Shown here piece by piece: positions 29,767 to 39,339 of a stretch of 64,000 nucleotides of DNA. A program made the translations under genes and the position numbers. The stretch spans positions 64,001 through 128,000 of the forward strand of contig JBCCHT010000017.1 of NCBI GenBank assembly GCA_039028615.1, in the 5' to 3' direction. The stretch comes from Myxococcota bacterium (GTDB lineage Bacteria; Myxococcota_A; Polyangia; Nannocystales; Nannocystaceae). Below the pieces are notes generated by a model. It was given only the letters and a program-made list of their open reading frames with translations. It was not told where the DNA came from and searched no databases. Positions within the stretch are counted from its first letter, which is position 1. Each line of letters begins with the position of its first letter.

Positions 29767-32679
29767 ATGCAGCGCACGCGAAACTCCGTCGATGTGTTGT
29801 TCCGCGGGCGGTGCACCCTGGGCTGCGCCCCCTGCGACTGCGGCCGATCCGACGATCCCGAGCGCTTCGAAGGCGCCCTGGCGAGCACCGCCGAGCGCGT
29901 GGTCCTGCGGGGCTGTGCCGAGACCCGAGGCGACCTCCCCGAGCTGGTGCAGCAGGTCCGAGAGTCGGGCAAGGTCGTGGTGCTGCGGACCAATGCCATC
30001 GCCTTCGCGCGCCCCGAAGCGGCGACCCGCCTCGCGCGAATGGGGCTCGACGCGGTCCTGGTGCCCATCTTCTCGCACCACGCGACGCCCCACGACAAGA
30101 TGGCCGGGCGCGCGGGCTCGCTGCGCTCCGCGCTGCAGGGCATCGCCACGCTCGCGCAGGCCGGGTTGGGCATCGAGATCGAAGTCCCGGTGCTGAGCGC
30201 ACGGCTGCAGAACCTCGACCGCATCCTCGACATGGTGCGGGCGGTCGCGCCTCGCCTCGAGCACATCCGGCTGTTCGTTCCGCAGGCCGACACCATGGCC
30301 GCCGTGTTCGCCCCGCCCCCGTGGGACGAGCGTCGGCCCGACGTCGAGGCGTTCTTCCACCGCTGCATCGCCGAGAAGATCCGCGTGCAGATCGATCAGC
30401 CCGACGGGATCCCGCAGTGCGCCATCCCCAGCGACGAGGACCTGTGGCCGCTGGTGCGCTTCGATCCCAAGGGCAAGGCCGAGCCGCTGCCGGGGGCCTC
30501 GTATCCGAAGGCCTGCGATTCCTGCAAGGTTCGACCCCAGTGCGCAGGCGTGGTCGCCCCCTATCGCGCCGCCCACGACGGGCGCGGCTTGGTGCCCTTC
30601 GACCGCAAGCCCAAGCGCATGTACGAGCAGCGGACCACCCCGCGACCGCGGTGGACCGAGCTTCGGCGGCGCGCCGCGTCCACCCCCGAGAACGTGGTGC
30701 TGCGGCCCACCGTCAACTGCAACCAAGACTGCCCTTTTTGCAGCGCCAACGAGACCTCCAGCGACATCTGGCCCGATCAGCAGCAGATGCTGCGCCGCAT
30801 CGCTCGCGTGGGCCGAACCGGGGTCGAGCGCATCTCCTTCAGCGGCGGCGAGCCGATGCTCTCCCGCGACATCACCAGCTATATCCGCACCGCGCGGCGC
30901 GTCGGCGTGCCCGTGGTGGAGCTGGTCACCAATGCGGTACTGCTCGCCTCCCCGCGGCGCGCCCAGGCGGTCGCGGACGCCGGGCTCACCCACGCGTTCG
31001 TCTCGCTGCACGCCCACACCGAGGAGGTCTCGCGCTACCAGACCCGCAAGGTCGGCGACTTCGCCAAGACCATCGCGGGCGTGAAGAACCTGCTCGGACA
31101 TGGGGTCGAGGTCGTCCTCAACCACGTCATCAACTCGCGAAACTACCGCTACCTGCGGCGCTACACCGAGTTCGTACACGAACAGTTCGAGGGCAAGGCG
31201 CCGATCTCCTTCGCCTTCATCACCCCGCAGTTCCAGGCCCTCGAGCGCATCGACCTCGTGCCGCGCATGTCGGAGGTGATGCCGTTTTTGCGTGACGCCA
31301 TGTATCGCGCCCAGCAGATCGGCCAGGGCTTTCACATCGGCTCTCGCCAGGGCATCCCGCCGTGTCAGCTGCGGGAGTTCGAGTTTTGGTCCGACGTGCT
31401 CGAGAGTTCCTCGAATGCCGCGGCCGAGGACTCGTACCAGAAGATCCGCAGCCCGGTCTGCGACGAGTGCAAGTACTCCCGCGTGTGTACGGGTCTGTGG
31501 CGCCCCTACGCGGACATGTACGGCCTCGACGAGCTGCGGGCGCTCCCGGGCGAGCTGCCCCCGGATGCACGGGCCGGAGCCGACGCGTGGGCCCCCGTGC
31601 CCTTCGACCAGGTCCCCGACGTGTTCCGCGATCGGGAGGCCGAGGCCGAGTACACCCAGGGTCGCTCGCAGCCGACGCCCGAGGTCGAGCCGGAGCTCCC
31701 GGAGGAGACCGGTCACTCCCGACAGCCCCGCGTGCTGCTCGTCGGCACGGGCAATCGGGCGCGAGTCTTGGCGCGAGAGCTCATTCGCACGCCCGAGCTG
31801 CTGATCGGCTGCGTCGCCTCTCCGCACGCGCCCGATGGCGATCTGGGCGCCTTCGGCAATGCCCCGGCCTACCGCGACATGGCCGAGGCGCAGGACGAGC
31901 AGGACCCCGACGGGATGGTGATCGCCAGCAACACGCGCCACCACCTGCCGGCCCTGCGCCGCGCTCGCGAGGCCGGGATCCCAGCGCTCGTCGAAAAACC
32001 GGTGGTGGCGCTCGAGCACACCGACGCCCTCGTCGAGCTGTTGTCCGAAGAGGGCTCCGCGGTCGTGCCCGCGCACCAGGTGCTCTTCGCCGATGGCCTC
32101 GCCGAGGTCCTGGCCGGACCTCGGCCCCGCGAGGTCGGCTACACCCGCTCGTTCCCCGCGAGCGCCCCCGACACACCGCGCTTTTGGTCCGCGGATGCGA
32201 TGTTCCAGCTGCTGTATCACGGGCTCGTGTTGGTGGGCCGAGCGGCGGGCGGCGGCGTCGCGACGGTCGAGCAAGCGCGGATCTCCGGCACCTCTCGCCC
32301 TCGCCGCGTCGACGCCCGGTTGCAGTACGCATCGACCACCGCCGAGCTGAGCCTGGACTTCGCGGGCTCGGCCGATGCGTTGCGGCTCACTCTGGGCTCC
32401 GATCGAGCGTGGGCCCGGGTCGGCCGCGACATCACCACCACCCACGGCGGCATCGCTCGCCCCTACGAACGACAGCGGGGAGAGCTGGCCGGGATGCTGA
32501 CCGCGTTCCACCGAGTCCTTCGCGGTGAGTCCCCCGAAGGCCTGCCCACCGTGGCAGAGGCGCTCGATGTGGCCGCGAACGCGCGCGCGGTCGTCGATGC
32601 CCTGTTGCAGTCCGAGCCCCGCCTGGCCCGGGCTCCCAACGCTCCTCGCCACGCGCAGACCCTGCATCGCGCCCGTTGA
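29767..32679 (+). CDS. double radical SAM + Gfo/Idh/MocA oxidoreductase fusion
   Basis: CTLGCAPC; CNQDCPFC/FSGGEP; two CxxCx5CxG tails; C-terminal VLLVGTGNRA...ALVEKP. Confidence 0.9.
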   Translation: MQRTRNSVDVLFRGRCTLGCAPCDCGRSDDPERFEGALASTAERVVLRGCAETRGDLPELVQQVRESGKVVVLRTNAIAFARPEAATRLARMGLDAVLVPIFSHHATPHDKMAGRAGSLRSALQGIATLAQAGLGIEIEVPVLSARLQNLDRILDMVRAVAPRLEHIRLFVPQADTMAAVFAPPPWDERRPDVEAFFHRCIAEKIRVQIDQPDGIPQCAIPSDEDLWPLVRFDPKGKAEPLPGASYPKACDSCKVRPQCAGVVAPYRAAHDGRGLVPFDRKPKRMYEQRTTPRPRWTELRRRAASTPENVVLRPTVNCNQDCPFCSANETSSDIWPDQQQMLRRIARVGRTGVERISFSGGEPMLSRDITSYIRTARRVGVPVVELVTNAVLLASPRRAQAVADAGLTHAFVSLHAHTEEVSRYQTRKVGDFAKTIAGVKNLLGHGVEVVLNHVINSRNYRYLRRYTEFVHEQFEGKAPISFAFITPQFQALERIDLVPRMSEVMPFLRDAMYRAQQIGQGFHIGSRQGIPPCQLREFEFWSDVLESSSNAAAEDSYQKIRSPVCDECKYSRVCTGLWRPYADMYGLDELRALPGELPPDARAGADAWAPVPFDQVPDVFRDREAEAEYTQGRSQPTPEVEPELPEETGHSRQPRVLLVGTGNRARVLARELIRTPELLIGCVASPHAPDGDLGAFGNAPAYRDMAEAQDEQDPDGMVIASNTRHHLPALRRAREAGIPALVEKPVVALEHTDALVELLSEEGSAVVPAHQVLFADGLAEVLAGPRPREVGYTRSFPASAPDTPRFWSADAMFQLLYHGLVLVGRAAGGGVATVEQARISGTSRPRRVDARLQYASTTAELSLDFAGSADALRLTLGSDRAWARVGRDITTTHGGIARPYERQRGELAGMLTAFHRVLRGESPEGLPTVAEALDVAANARAVVDALLQSEPRLARAPNAPRHAQTLHRAR

Positions 32680-34427
32680 CCCGCGTCATCCTGGTGGGCG
32701 ACGGCGTGGTGGCACGTCGATGGGCGGCGCTGATCGAACGTTCCCCGCGGCTGGAGCTGGCCCGACACGTGGCCCTGCGAGACTTGGACGCGGCGCTCGA
32801 GGGCACTCCCGATGCGACCGTCGCTGCGGCTGTGCCCCCGCGGGCGGCCTTGGAGGTGGTGCAACGGCTGATCCAGCACGAGCGAGCCGGGCTCGTGCCC
32901 TCGCCGTGGTTCCGCGGATTGGCGCGCATGGTGGACAACGACGGGCCCGCGAAGGCTTGGGGTGCGATCCAGGTGGCGAGCGGCTGGAACACGCTGCCCG
33001 GTGTGCGATGGCTGTCGCGTCAGGTCGCGGGAGCTCGGCACGTGTCGCTGGAGATCGGCGGCGTGCCCGGCTGCGACGACGGCGATCTGTGGGAAGTGCT
33101 GACCCGCGCCGCTGCCGTGCTTCGGCGGTGGACCGGTGACGGCCGCGTCACGCAGCTGCGCTCCCGCGGCACCGCCGAGCTGGAGTTCACGGTGGAAGGC
33201 CGAGTGAGCGCCAACCTTCGGCTCCGCACCCAGGGGCCGCGGCTGAGCGGCGTGGTGGACGGAGCGGCGGGACGACGCTGGCGACTCGACTGGCAGCCGG
33301 ATCGAGAAACACGAGAACGCAGCGCGGGGCGACGCGAAGCCGATCGGCACGTGCCCGACGCCGATGTGCGGGCGCTGCACCAGCTGCTCGATCCGAACGC
33401 AGCGGGCGGAGACTCGCTGCGCCGAGCCGCCGACGATGCGCGCTGGATGGAGCGTGAATTCTCCGACCTGCGCCTTCCCATCAGTCGCCGCGCCCTGGCG
33501 CACTCGACCCGGATCCGGGGGCAACGGCCGACCGATCTGCCGGGCGCGCTCGGGCTGCGCGGCCCCGCCCTCGATGCGCCGACCCCCGCGGACGCGCTTT
33601 CGGTCGAGCTACCGACGCTGCCCCTCGAGCTCGCCGCCCTCCGAGCGGGCATCAAGCCCGTCGCCTTCTTGACGCTGAAGCCTTCGGAGGAGGCCGCGGT
33701 CCGAGACGCCGTCACGGACTTCACCGTGGAGCGACGCGAGCGAGGCGTGCTGGTCGAAGCGCAAGACCAGTGGATCGACGACCGAGACCGCGGCGAGCGA
33801 CGCGTCGAGCTGTACATCTCGGCCGACCCGGACGCAGCCGCGACCACCGCCCGGCTACAGGCCGAGGGTGACCCCAGCCGATCGATCACCGAACTCGGCG
33901 CGCTGATGGGCTACCCCGCGTGCTGCGTGCAGGCGTTCGCGTCGCTCGACGATCGCAGCAACAACTCCCGCAATCGCTACTGGACCGCCGCCTGCACCGA
34001 GCACCCCGGCCCCTGGCCGTGGGAGCTGAACAACTTGTTTGCCACGCTGGTGCCCTTCTTTCCGTGCAGCTACCGCTGCGAAGCCGCGCTCGCGTACGCC
34101 CGCGCCACCCTGGCCGAGGCCGAGCGAGAGCAGCCGGGACTGACCGCGCGGCTCCGCCACGTCCTCGCGCGCCCCGTGCTGTACTTCGACCACGAGCACC
34201 AGGTGGTCATCGAGCCCACGGCCGAGTACGACGGCTCCCCCGGCCCGGTGCCGATCGCCGGGGCCACCGTGCCCACCTGGGTGAGCGCGGCAATGGCTCG
34301 TTTCGCCAGGGCCATCGGCGCATCGGGACGCCTGGAGCTGACGGACGCCGAACTACGCCTGGGTACACAGACCCTGCACCGCACCGACCCTGCGCTGGGC
34401 CTCGTCGCACCCTTCGGCACGGGGTGA
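32676..34427 (+). CDS. degenerate Gfo/Idh/MocA-like N-terminus fused to a Cys-containing DUF483-like domain
   Basis: RVILVGDGVVA at the N-terminus (no EKP), then LRAGIKP, LMGYPACCVQAF, FFPCSYRC. TTGA overlap with the upstream gene. Confidence 0.7.
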   Translation: MTRVILVGDGVVARRWAALIERSPRLELARHVALRDLDAALEGTPDATVAAAVPPRAALEVVQRLIQHERAGLVPSPWFRGLARMVDNDGPAKAWGAIQVASGWNTLPGVRWLSRQVAGARHVSLEIGGVPGCDDGDLWEVLTRAAAVLRRWTGDGRVTQLRSRGTAELEFTVEGRVSANLRLRTQGPRLSGVVDGAAGRRWRLDWQPDRETRERSAGRREADRHVPDADVRALHQLLDPNAAGGDSLRRAADDARWMEREFSDLRLPISRRALAHSTRIRGQRPTDLPGALGLRGPALDAPTPADALSVELPTLPLELAALRAGIKPVAFLTLKPSEEAAVRDAVTDFTVERRERGVLVEAQDQWIDDRDRGERRVELYISADPDAAATTARLQAEGDPSRSITELGALMGYPACCVQAFASLDDRSNNSRNRYWTAACTEHPGPWPWELNNLFATLVPFFPCSYRCEAALAYARATLAEAEREQPGLTARLRHVLARPVLYFDHEHQVVIEPTAEYDGSPGPVPIAGATVPTWVSAAMARFARAIGASGRLELTDAELRLGTQTLHRTDPALGLVAPFGTG

Positions 34428-34433
34428 CGTTGA

Positions 34434-34463
34434 TTGACAGTGCCACGTGCCCATGCGCAGGAT
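34434..34463 (+). promoter_or_regulatory. candidate sigma70-type promoter
   Basis: TTGACA (34434-34439)-N18-CAGGAT (34458-34463)-N6-GTG in frame with the downstream CDS. Confidence 0.45.
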
Positions 34464-34469
34464 CATTGG

Positions 34470-36278
34470 GTGCGGAGCGTGCGGATCACCGTCTTCCAGC
34501 AGGACGACCCGCTGTACCGGTTTTGCAATCGACGAGGCGCGGGCGGTCGTGATGCCGTGCCCTGGTCGGAGCTGATCTCCCAGGTCGAAGGCCTGTCCGA
34601 GGACACCAGCGTCACCTTTGCGGGCAGCGACCCCCTCGAGCACCCCGACTTCGCCCGCCTGCTCGAGCAATGCCCGCCCCAGGTCGAGGGTCGCAAGCTG
34701 CTCACCGACGGCTTCGGGCTCGCCCACACCGCGGTCATCGATTTCCTCGAGCGCTGCGGCGTCGGCGAGGTGCACGTGGTGATGCCCACCGTCGACCCGG
34801 ACCTGTGGGGCAAGCTCATGCGCAGCCTGGTGCGCTTCGAGGCCTGCGCCAAGGGCCTGGAGAACGCGGCGCACAGCAACCTGTCGACCTACGTCGTCGT
34901 GCCCCTGCTTCGGCCCACACTCCCGAAGCTCGAGGCCCTGCTCGACCGGCTCGACGAGCTTCCGATCAACGGAGTGCTCGTCGCCGTCCCCGAGATGGAG
35001 CGCGTGCCTCCGGCGCTGCGCCGCCACCTGCTGAGCTACCCCGAGGCCAGCCGCGCCATGGCCCGCGTGTTCGAGCGAACCCGGGCCATGCGACGCGAGA
35101 TCGGCATCTTCGAGCGCCAGCTCATCCCGCCCTGCGCCGCCGACCAACAGCTCGACCGCTACGGCGACCTGTTCAACCAACGACTCAAGCACCTGTCCAC
35201 TCGCGGCGCCCAGGGCATCCGGCGGATCACCGCCTGTGGCACCTGCGAGCTGGCGTCGTCGTGTCCCGGGGTCGACGACGCCTACGTGCAGACCCGAGGC
35301 CAGCGCGAGTTCCGACCCATCACCGTGGCCGAGGCCAACGGCTGGTACACCAAGCCCATCAATCGCCTCGAGGAGATCCAGTACACGCGGGTCTCGCCCT
35401 TCGAAAGCCAGCACACGGGCAAGCGCGGGCTGCTGCGGATCAACGGCCACTGCAACATGGGCTGCTCGTTCTGCTTCGTCGACCTCAGCCACCCCGACGT
35501 GCCCGAAGAGCGGCTGCTGGCCGAGGTCGATCGACTCGCCCACAGCGGCGTGACCCACCTCGTGCTGTCCGGGGGCGAGCCCTCGCTGCACCCGGGGCTG
35601 GCGCGGCTGATCGCTCGCGCCCGCGAGCACGGCATCACCGACGTCGAAGTGCAGACCAACGGCGTCAAGTTTTCCCGACGCGAGTACACCGAGCGCATCA
35701 CCGCCGCGGGCCTCACCACCGCGTGCGTGTCCCTTCACAGCTCCGACGCGGCCGAGTCCGACGCGATCACCAAGCAGCCCCGCGCCTTCGCCAAGACGGT
35801 GCAGGCCATGCACACCTTCCGTGAGCTCGGGGTCTGGACCCGCGTCTCCCACGTGATCAACAAGCTCAACTACGAGGACGTCCCGCGCTTCGTGCGTTGG
35901 CTGCGGGCCGAGTTCCCCGAGGGCATGTTGGACATCTGCTTCGCCCGCGCGCAGGAGATCAGCAGCCAGTCGTCGCCGTGGATCCTGCCCTCCTTCGAGG
36001 AGATCAAGCCCCACGTCAAAGACGCGCTCGATTTCTGCCTCGACAACGACATCACCTTCTCGGGGCTCATCGGCCAGGGCGGCTATCCCCCGTGCATGCT
36101 CGACGGCGACCTCCGCTACTACGAAAACGCGATGGACCAGATCCACCGTGATGCCGGAGGCGCCCGCGATTTCGTGAAGGCGGATCGGTGCTCGCAGTGC
36201 TCGTTCGATCAACACTGCGTGGGGGTCCGCCGGGCCTACGTGCGGCGGCACGGCGACGAGGAGATGCGCCCGTTTTGA
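34470..36278 (+). CDS. double radical SAM protein; N-terminal domain lacks the Cys triad
   Basis: N-terminal QDDPLYRFC/FAGSDP plus CGTCELASSCPG; C-terminal CNMGCSFC/LSGGEP/VQTNG plus CSQCSFDQHCVG. Confidence 0.9.
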   Translation: MRSVRITVFQQDDPLYRFCNRRGAGGRDAVPWSELISQVEGLSEDTSVTFAGSDPLEHPDFARLLEQCPPQVEGRKLLTDGFGLAHTAVIDFLERCGVGEVHVVMPTVDPDLWGKLMRSLVRFEACAKGLENAAHSNLSTYVVVPLLRPTLPKLEALLDRLDELPINGVLVAVPEMERVPPALRRHLLSYPEASRAMARVFERTRAMRREIGIFERQLIPPCAADQQLDRYGDLFNQRLKHLSTRGAQGIRRITACGTCELASSCPGVDDAYVQTRGQREFRPITVAEANGWYTKPINRLEEIQYTRVSPFESQHTGKRGLLRINGHCNMGCSFCFVDLSHPDVPEERLLAEVDRLAHSGVTHLVLSGGEPSLHPGLARLIARAREHGITDVEVQTNGVKFSRREYTERITAAGLTTACVSLHSSDAAESDAITKQPRAFAKTVQAMHTFRELGVWTRVSHVINKLNYEDVPRFVRWLRAEFPEGMLDICFARAQEISSQSSPWILPSFEEIKPHVKDALDFCLDNDITFSGLIGQGGYPPCMLDGDLRYYENAMDQIHRDAGGARDFVKADRCSQCSFDQHCVGVRRAYVRRHGDEEMRPF

Positions 36279-38221
36279 GCCCGCGCCGCATCGCGTTCCT
36301 GGTGTTCCAGAGCCTACGCAAGGGGTCGTATCTCCACGACGGGGAGATCTCGATGCTCTCGGGGCAGCTGCGGCTCGAGGGGGCCGACAACGAGGTCGTG
36401 GAGGCGGTCTTCGACGGCGCCAACGAGACCGAGAACACCGCGGTGCTGTCCCAGCTCGCCGACGCGCTCGCCGAGCATGCGTTCGACGTCCTGGTGTTCC
36501 ATCGCATCTGGGATGCCACCTTGCCCGGTCGGGTCCGCGAGCTGCTGGCGGCGCGTGGCCAGCAGCCCTTGTTCGTGCTGCATCCCACCAAGGAGATCGA
36601 CTCCACCGAGCCCTACGACTGCGTGCTGGGAGCCTCGCCGCTGCAGGCTCTGCGCGCCATCGCCAAGGCCCCCGATCCGCTCGGGCTTTCGGGGCTCGCG
36701 GGGCTGTCGTATCGCGATGCCGAGGGCACGCTGGTCGACAACCCACCCGCCGAGCCCGCGCCAGTCCAACCTCGCTGGGAGCGGACCTCCAACTTTCGCC
36801 GCATTCGCGTCAACCCCGAGGCCGCGGGTCGGCCCCCCGCGGCGGTGATCTACGGCAACCCCGGCTGTCCCTATCGCAAGCCCGTGTCCACCGTCGAGGT
36901 CTGGCGACGCCTGTCCCTCGATCCCGAGACCACCAACACCCGCGGCTGCGCCTTCTGTGACGTGAACCTGTCCGAGGACTGGCGCCACGTGCCCGAGATT
37001 GCCGCGCACTGCGTGCGGCAGATCGGCCAGGTCCAAGCCGATCTGCCCGACGCGTACGAGATGATCCTGCTCGATCAGGATCCCTTTCCGTACCTGCCCG
37101 GCCTCGTCCGGGGCCTCGCCGCCCAGGGGGCCCGACCGCTCCACCTGCTCATCCAGGCGCGCGCCGACCTGTTCCTCAAGCGCACCCACAAGTTCGAGGA
37201 AGCGCTCGCGCTCGCGCGCGACGGCGGGCATCGGCTCAGCCCCTTTTTGGTGGGCATCGAGAACTTCCACCAGCCCACCCTCGATTTTTACAACAAGGGC
37301 GTCACCGTCGAGACCAACGAGCAGGTGCTGCTCTACCTGCGCGAGGTCGGCCAGCGCTTTGCCGACGTGGTCGACCTCGACAAGATGTCGCCCGGCTTCA
37401 TCCTCTGGCACCCGTGGGTGACCATGGAGTCGCTACGGGTGAACCTCGAGGCGCTCGCCAACACCGAGCTCATGCGGTTTCGGCGAGAGGTCGTGCTGTC
37501 GAAGATTCGCCTCTATCCCGACATCCCGTTCTACTGGAAGGCCAAAGAAGACGGCCTGCTGCTTCGCTCCTACGGGGCCGAGGGTTTCGATTCGGCGGAG
37601 CGCTACGGATACAGCGAAGAGCACCCCTACCGCTTCGAACGCCCGGAGGCGCAGGCGGCCTATACCCTGCTCGCCGAGTTCTCGAACAAGCACGGCGCGG
37701 TCGACGAGCTGCCGCTGCTGGCCCTGGTGCTCGACTGGGTCGAGGCGCGCCGCGAGTATTGGGACGACGAACGACAGCTGGGTCTACGCCAGCCGGATGC
37801 GCTGTGTGAGCGCTTCGAGAGCGACCACGGCGGAGACATTCGGGCGCTGCGTCGCGGTCGAAGCGGTGGCGGAAACAAGCGCGACGCCACCGAGAGCCAG
37901 CGCCGAGAAGTGTTGGCGCTGCTCGGGGTGTCGGGTACGGGCACGCCGATCGGCTCGGGGCAGTTCGAGCTGGCGCGCATGTTCTGCCAAGACGACCGAC
38001 GCGAGCTGCTCTTCGCGCTCTCGGGACAGAAAAACCGCGTGTCCAGCGATCCCCGCTCGGCCGCGTTTCGGTTGTTCATCGCCCCGCGCTCCTCGAAGCC
38101 GCACTACATGCAGACGCGCGAGCTGAACCTGAGCTACTCGGTGCCCGGCGACGACCCGGCGGCCATGGCCGAGGTGGCCCTGCTCTGCGAGCGGATCGCC
38201 GCCGCCGAGGCTCAGGGATGA
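36275..38221 (+). CDS. B12-type radical SAM-like protein with split Cys motif and C-terminal shared accessory domain
   Basis: GCPY-x-RGCAFC (Cx26Cx2C), LVGIENF...L...NKG, GFILWHPW. TTGA overlap with the upstream stop. Confidence 0.82.
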   Translation: MSPRRIAFLVFQSLRKGSYLHDGEISMLSGQLRLEGADNEVVEAVFDGANETENTAVLSQLADALAEHAFDVLVFHRIWDATLPGRVRELLAARGQQPLFVLHPTKEIDSTEPYDCVLGASPLQALRAIAKAPDPLGLSGLAGLSYRDAEGTLVDNPPAEPAPVQPRWERTSNFRRIRVNPEAAGRPPAAVIYGNPGCPYRKPVSTVEVWRRLSLDPETTNTRGCAFCDVNLSEDWRHVPEIAAHCVRQIGQVQADLPDAYEMILLDQDPFPYLPGLVRGLAAQGARPLHLLIQARADLFLKRTHKFEEALALARDGGHRLSPFLVGIENFHQPTLDFYNKGVTVETNEQVLLYLREVGQRFADVVDLDKMSPGFILWHPWVTMESLRVNLEALANTELMRFRREVVLSKIRLYPDIPFYWKAKEDGLLLRSYGAEGFDSAERYGYSEEHPYRFERPEAQAAYTLLAEFSNKHGAVDELPLLALVLDWVEARREYWDDERQLGLRQPDALCERFESDHGGDIRALRRGRSGGGNKRDATESQRREVLALLGVSGTGTPIGSGQFELARMFCQDDRRELLFALSGQKNRVSSDPRSAAFRLFIAPRSSKPHYMQTRELNLSYSVPGDDPAAMAEVALLCERIAAAEAQG

Positions 38222-38225
38222 GCCC

Positions 38226-38696
38226 CTACTGATTGCTGTTGCCGCTATTGCTGAGCGGACACTGCTCCAGCTTCTCTAGCATCTTGGAGATCTGCGTCTG
38301 CGTCATGACGCCGAACGAACACGCTCTTCGCTCCCCCTCGGAATTCGACGTATCGTTCCTGCACTCGGTGAACAGCTCCAGCTCGCGTTGAGAGTACTGG
38401 CGCATCGTCTTTTGCTCGGAGATGTTCTCGACCATCTTCTCCGTCGTGTCCTTGGGCAGGTCGCTCCCCAAGGCCGTAAAGGTGCCGTTCACCGCCTTCA
38501 TGCCGCCGAGCCAAGCCGACTGAGAGCAATCTTTGGGATCGATGTCGTCGAGCTTCTTGGCCATCTCGTCGCGGTTCGGGGTCTGGCTACTCGACGCCGG
38601 CCGCACGATGCCCTTCGCTCGGACGGCGGACGACGGGCGCACCGCCCAGGCAGCGCTCCGCGACACGGGACGGGTCAACACGGGCAATTTCTTCAT
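38226..38696 (-). CDS. small hypothetical protein (156 aa, 4 Cys, basic MKKLPVL N-terminus)
   Basis: Strong double GAGGAG RBS before ATG 38696. Composition is K/S/E/N-rich and unlike shadow ORFs. Confidence 0.7.
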   Translation of the reverse strand: MKKLPVLTRPVSRSAAWAVRPSSAVRAKGIVRPASSSQTPNRDEMAKKLDDIDPKDCSQSAWLGGMKAVNGTFTALGSDLPKDTTEKMVENISEQKTMRQYSQRELELFTECRNDTSNSEGERRACSFGVMTQTQISKMLEKLEQCPLSNSGNSNQ

Positions 38697-38828
38697 CCGA
38701 CTCCTCGCTCCTCGCCCCCCTGCGAGCGCAGGCCGGGTGCGTTGCCGCAGCATCTCCCGCCCTGCGGTGGCGAGCCACCCCCCGTCCGGGGGGCCGCGAC
38801 CACGTGACCGCGCTACCATGGCCTCGGC

Positions 38829-39332
38829 TTGTCTTCGCTCGACGATCGCCTTCGCACCGTGCTGCCCGCCGCGGCCATCGAATCGCTCGATGTCTCGCGC
38901 GAGTTCGTCGGCCAGCGCGGGCTCGACCTGCTCAACCTGATCCTGGCCCAGACCAACATCGACGAGTTCCGCATCTACCGTTGGCAGAGCAGCCGCCTCG
39001 TCGTCGTGGGGAGCTTCGACCACTGCTACTACCACGAGGTCGCGGTGCACTTCGTGGACGTGGTCGCGACCCAGCTGCCCGAGTACATCAGCGCGCACCG
39101 ATTCCGAGTCGCCACCGCCGAGGAGCGCGAAGCGTTCTTCGAATGGGTGGGGCTCCCCGAGCCCGACTCGACGGTGGTCGCGATCGATGGCAATGCGGGT
39201 GGTGCCGACCGGGTGTTCTTCGTCGCGGCCTCGACGATTGAAGTCGATCCCGGCCTGGTCTTCTACTACGACCGCGAGGCACAGCAGCCGCTGTTGCCCG
39301 GGCAGCGCGTGGAGCTCCGCGAAGAGGCGTAG
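38829..39332 (+). CDS. hypothetical protein
   Basis: Strong GC3 bias and globular composition (LVVVGSFDHCYYHEVAVHF). TTG start uncertain. Confidence 0.65.
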   Translation: MSSLDDRLRTVLPAAAIESLDVSREFVGQRGLDLLNLILAQTNIDEFRIYRWQSSRLVVVGSFDHCYYHEVAVHFVDVVATQLPEYISAHRFRVATAEEREAFFEWVGLPEPDSTVVAIDGNAGGADRVFFVAASTIEVDPGLVFYYDREAQQPLLPGQRVELREEA

Positions 39333-39339
39333 CCCCGCC

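Noticed and set aside
29647..32667. 5' 1000 codons of the 1462-aa minus-strand ORF
   Set aside because: Antisense shadow of the real plus-strand 29767-32679 gene. Only 28279-29646 has rSAM motifs.
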